From NCBI GenBank assembly GCA_050253075.1, contig JBFWJS010000008.1:24874-88873 (forward strand): 64,000 bases of DNA, read 5' to 3'. Made by a program: the position numbers and the translations under genes. Numbering within the stretch: position 1 is the stretch's first letter; every line of letters begins with the position of its first letter. The notes beneath the pieces are model-generated. The model was not told where the DNA came from, searched no databases, and saw only the letters and a list, made by a program, of their open reading frames with translations. This DNA comes from Deferribacterales bacterium. Lineage in GTDB: Bacteria; Chrysiogenota; Deferribacteres; Deferribacterales; Geovibrionaceae. Shown here piece by piece: positions 62,656-64,000 of this stretch.

Positions 62656-64000
62656 TCACATGAGATAAAGCAATCTATCAGTTGATGATATAATAGTATC
62701 ATTTTTTGGCGAAAGTTCTGAATTGTTGTCTTTATCAATAACTCCCAAAAGGGTAATCTCTTTATCTATAAGTTTTAACTTTAGTTCTTTATAACTAAGG
62801 CTATAATTGATTCCAAAATCAGCGAGTGTGGCCTCTTCCATAGTTCTATTATCGATATTAAGCATGTCATAAATCAAAGGTGAAATATATGGATGCCTGA
62901 CACAGTTGCATATGAGACTCGCATCTATCATTTCCTTATATATTATTTCATCCCCCATTATTTTATCTCTAATTATCTCTCCATTCTCCTGATTTATAAT
63001 CTCTGCAATAGTATGCACCTCAGAGTTTTCTTGCTCTATATTAAAAACTGTCAGAACTGTCCTCAGATCAACAGACTTCACTGTGTCGTGCTCATTAATT
63101 TCAGAGAAAACGATGCACATCCTCGATTCTTTTACATTAACTTGCCGGAGTACTTTAATATCTGAGTAATCACCGTGGTAATATATTATTCCAGAGATAT
63201 CTGGATTCTCTCTCTCAGTAACAAGTACAATATTCTCTGATTTTTTAAGTGCTAGAAGTTCAGCAATAACCTTAGCAGAACAAGCACTGAACCCACACAA
63301 TACAATATGATTTTTAAGAGATATTTTGCCTAAATGCCCTTCTTTAATTTTGGTCATAACACTCTCCATTTTTGTGGTAATTAAGGAAATGAAAATAGCT
63401 ATAAACGTTATATTCAGCAACAGTGTGGTCGAAGCAATTACGTTAGCGACAATGCTTTTATTCTCATCAGTAGCAAAATCAAGTAATTTAAGGTGATAAA
63501 CGACAAAGTCAGTGAATTTAAGGTCATTTGAAATCGGATTAGCGACAATAAATGATAAAAATGAATTAATAATAACAATCGCCAATACACTAAGAAATAA
63601 AATAACGAAAACTCGCGTCTCCTGCTTATAAGACCTGATAGCAAGCATAATACTGCTTGATTGTTTAAAGGCTCTTAAAAGCCTAAGAATTCTAAATAAT
63701 CTAAAGAAACGTATCTCTGGAATCAGCGCAAGCAAATCTATTATGTTAAAGGGTTTAATTGCCCACAGTATTTTCTGATTGATGGCATACAGAAAAGACC
63801 CGTGATCCCTTTTTATATCGATTAAAAAATCTGTGGCAATAAAAAATCGCAAACTATACTCAAGAGTGAATAAAATAGTTATTACAGTCTCAATAGTATC
63901 TAAAAGTTTATGATGCGAATAATAAAGCTGCGTATTTTGAAGGAAAGTTGTTATGACAGATAGAATAATCAAAAATATGATAACAGTATCGAGATATGGT
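62656..64000 (-). CDS. Voltage-sensor-containing ion-transport protein with C-terminal RCK/TrkA-like domain; N-terminus outside window
   Basis: S4-like RFFRLFRILRLLRAFK and a Rossmann-like NHIVLCGFSACSAKVIAELL. The frame stays open to base 64000. No TVGYG-type filter was seen. Confidence 0.65.
   Translation of the reverse strand, partial: PYLDTVIIFLIILSVITTFLQNTQLYYSHHKLLDTIETVITILFTLEYSLRFFIATDFLIDIKRDHGSFLYAINQKILWAIKPFNIIDLLALIPEIRFFRLFRILRLLRAFKQSSSIMLAIRSYKQETRVFVILFLSVLAIVIINSFLSFIVANPISNDLKFTDFVVYHLKLLDFATDENKSIVANVIASTTLLLNITFIAIFISLITTKMESVMTKIKEGHLGKISLKNHIVLCGFSACSAKVIAELLALKKSENIVLVTERENPDISGIIYYHGDYSDIKVLRQVNVKESRMCIVFSEINEHDTVKSVDLRTVLTVFNIEQENSEVHTIAEIINQENGEIIRDKIMGDEIIYKEMIDASLICNCVRHPYISPLIYDMLNIDNRTMEEATLADFGINYSLSYKELKLKLIDKEITLLGVIDKDNNSELSPKNDTIISSTDRLLYLM

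Noticed and set aside
1-64000. Prophage, integrative element or classical defence island
   Set aside because: No integrase, transposase, recombinase, phage structural, restriction-modification or cas-like ORF was recognisable in any frame. The only compositional anomaly is the AT-rich end segment from about 62646.

Overview
This 64-kb window is mostly core chromosome from a Gram-negative, probably anaerobic bacterium. G+C is in the mid-40s percent by hand-counted samples. A PpcA-like triheme cytochrome and a mitochondrial-type citrate synthase suggest a Deferribacterota- or Desulfuromonadia-like organism, but I cannot confirm this without a search.

All calls come from motif recognition in the supplied six-frame track and from reading the DNA. 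No homology search was possible.

Housekeeping content:
- nnr-tsaE, valS, nadC, trxB, rsmI
- a same-strand run dnaG-rpoD-tRNA(CAU)-nif3-COG1579-rnhA
- accA-mutL-miaA-hfq-DUF4416-ftsB-xseA-greA
- ileS-lspA, purH-purD-purE-tsaC, cysS
- a type-A RNase P RNA, and gltA

No integrase, transposase, CRISPR array or rRNA was seen.

Accessory or unusual content:
1. The best candidate for an undescribed system is a three-gene envelope operon at 49199-52841 (minus strand). It encodes a lipoprotein-anchored PDZ + caspase-like (C14) protease with an intact His/Cys dyad, a protease-less paralog sharing both its N-terminal domain and a roughly 49-aa dockerin/EF-hand-like C-terminal module, and an LPP20/DUF4384 protein.
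2. Tandem FCD-GntR regulators plus an HD-GYP gene lie behind a perfect 25-bp palindrome. An exact 12-nt half of that palindrome recurs just upstream of the gltA promoter.
3. A split LetA/PqiA pair is followed by an 8-MCE-domain LetB-like protein.
4. Two families of intergenic palindromic or structured repeats are present, one with a covarying hairpin.
5. A decayed duplicate of the purD 5' end flanks a roughly 145-bp insert.
6. A chemoreceptor gene is frameshifted.
7. An AT-rich terminal segment encodes a voltage-sensor/RCK channel-like protein with no recognisable K+ selectivity filter.
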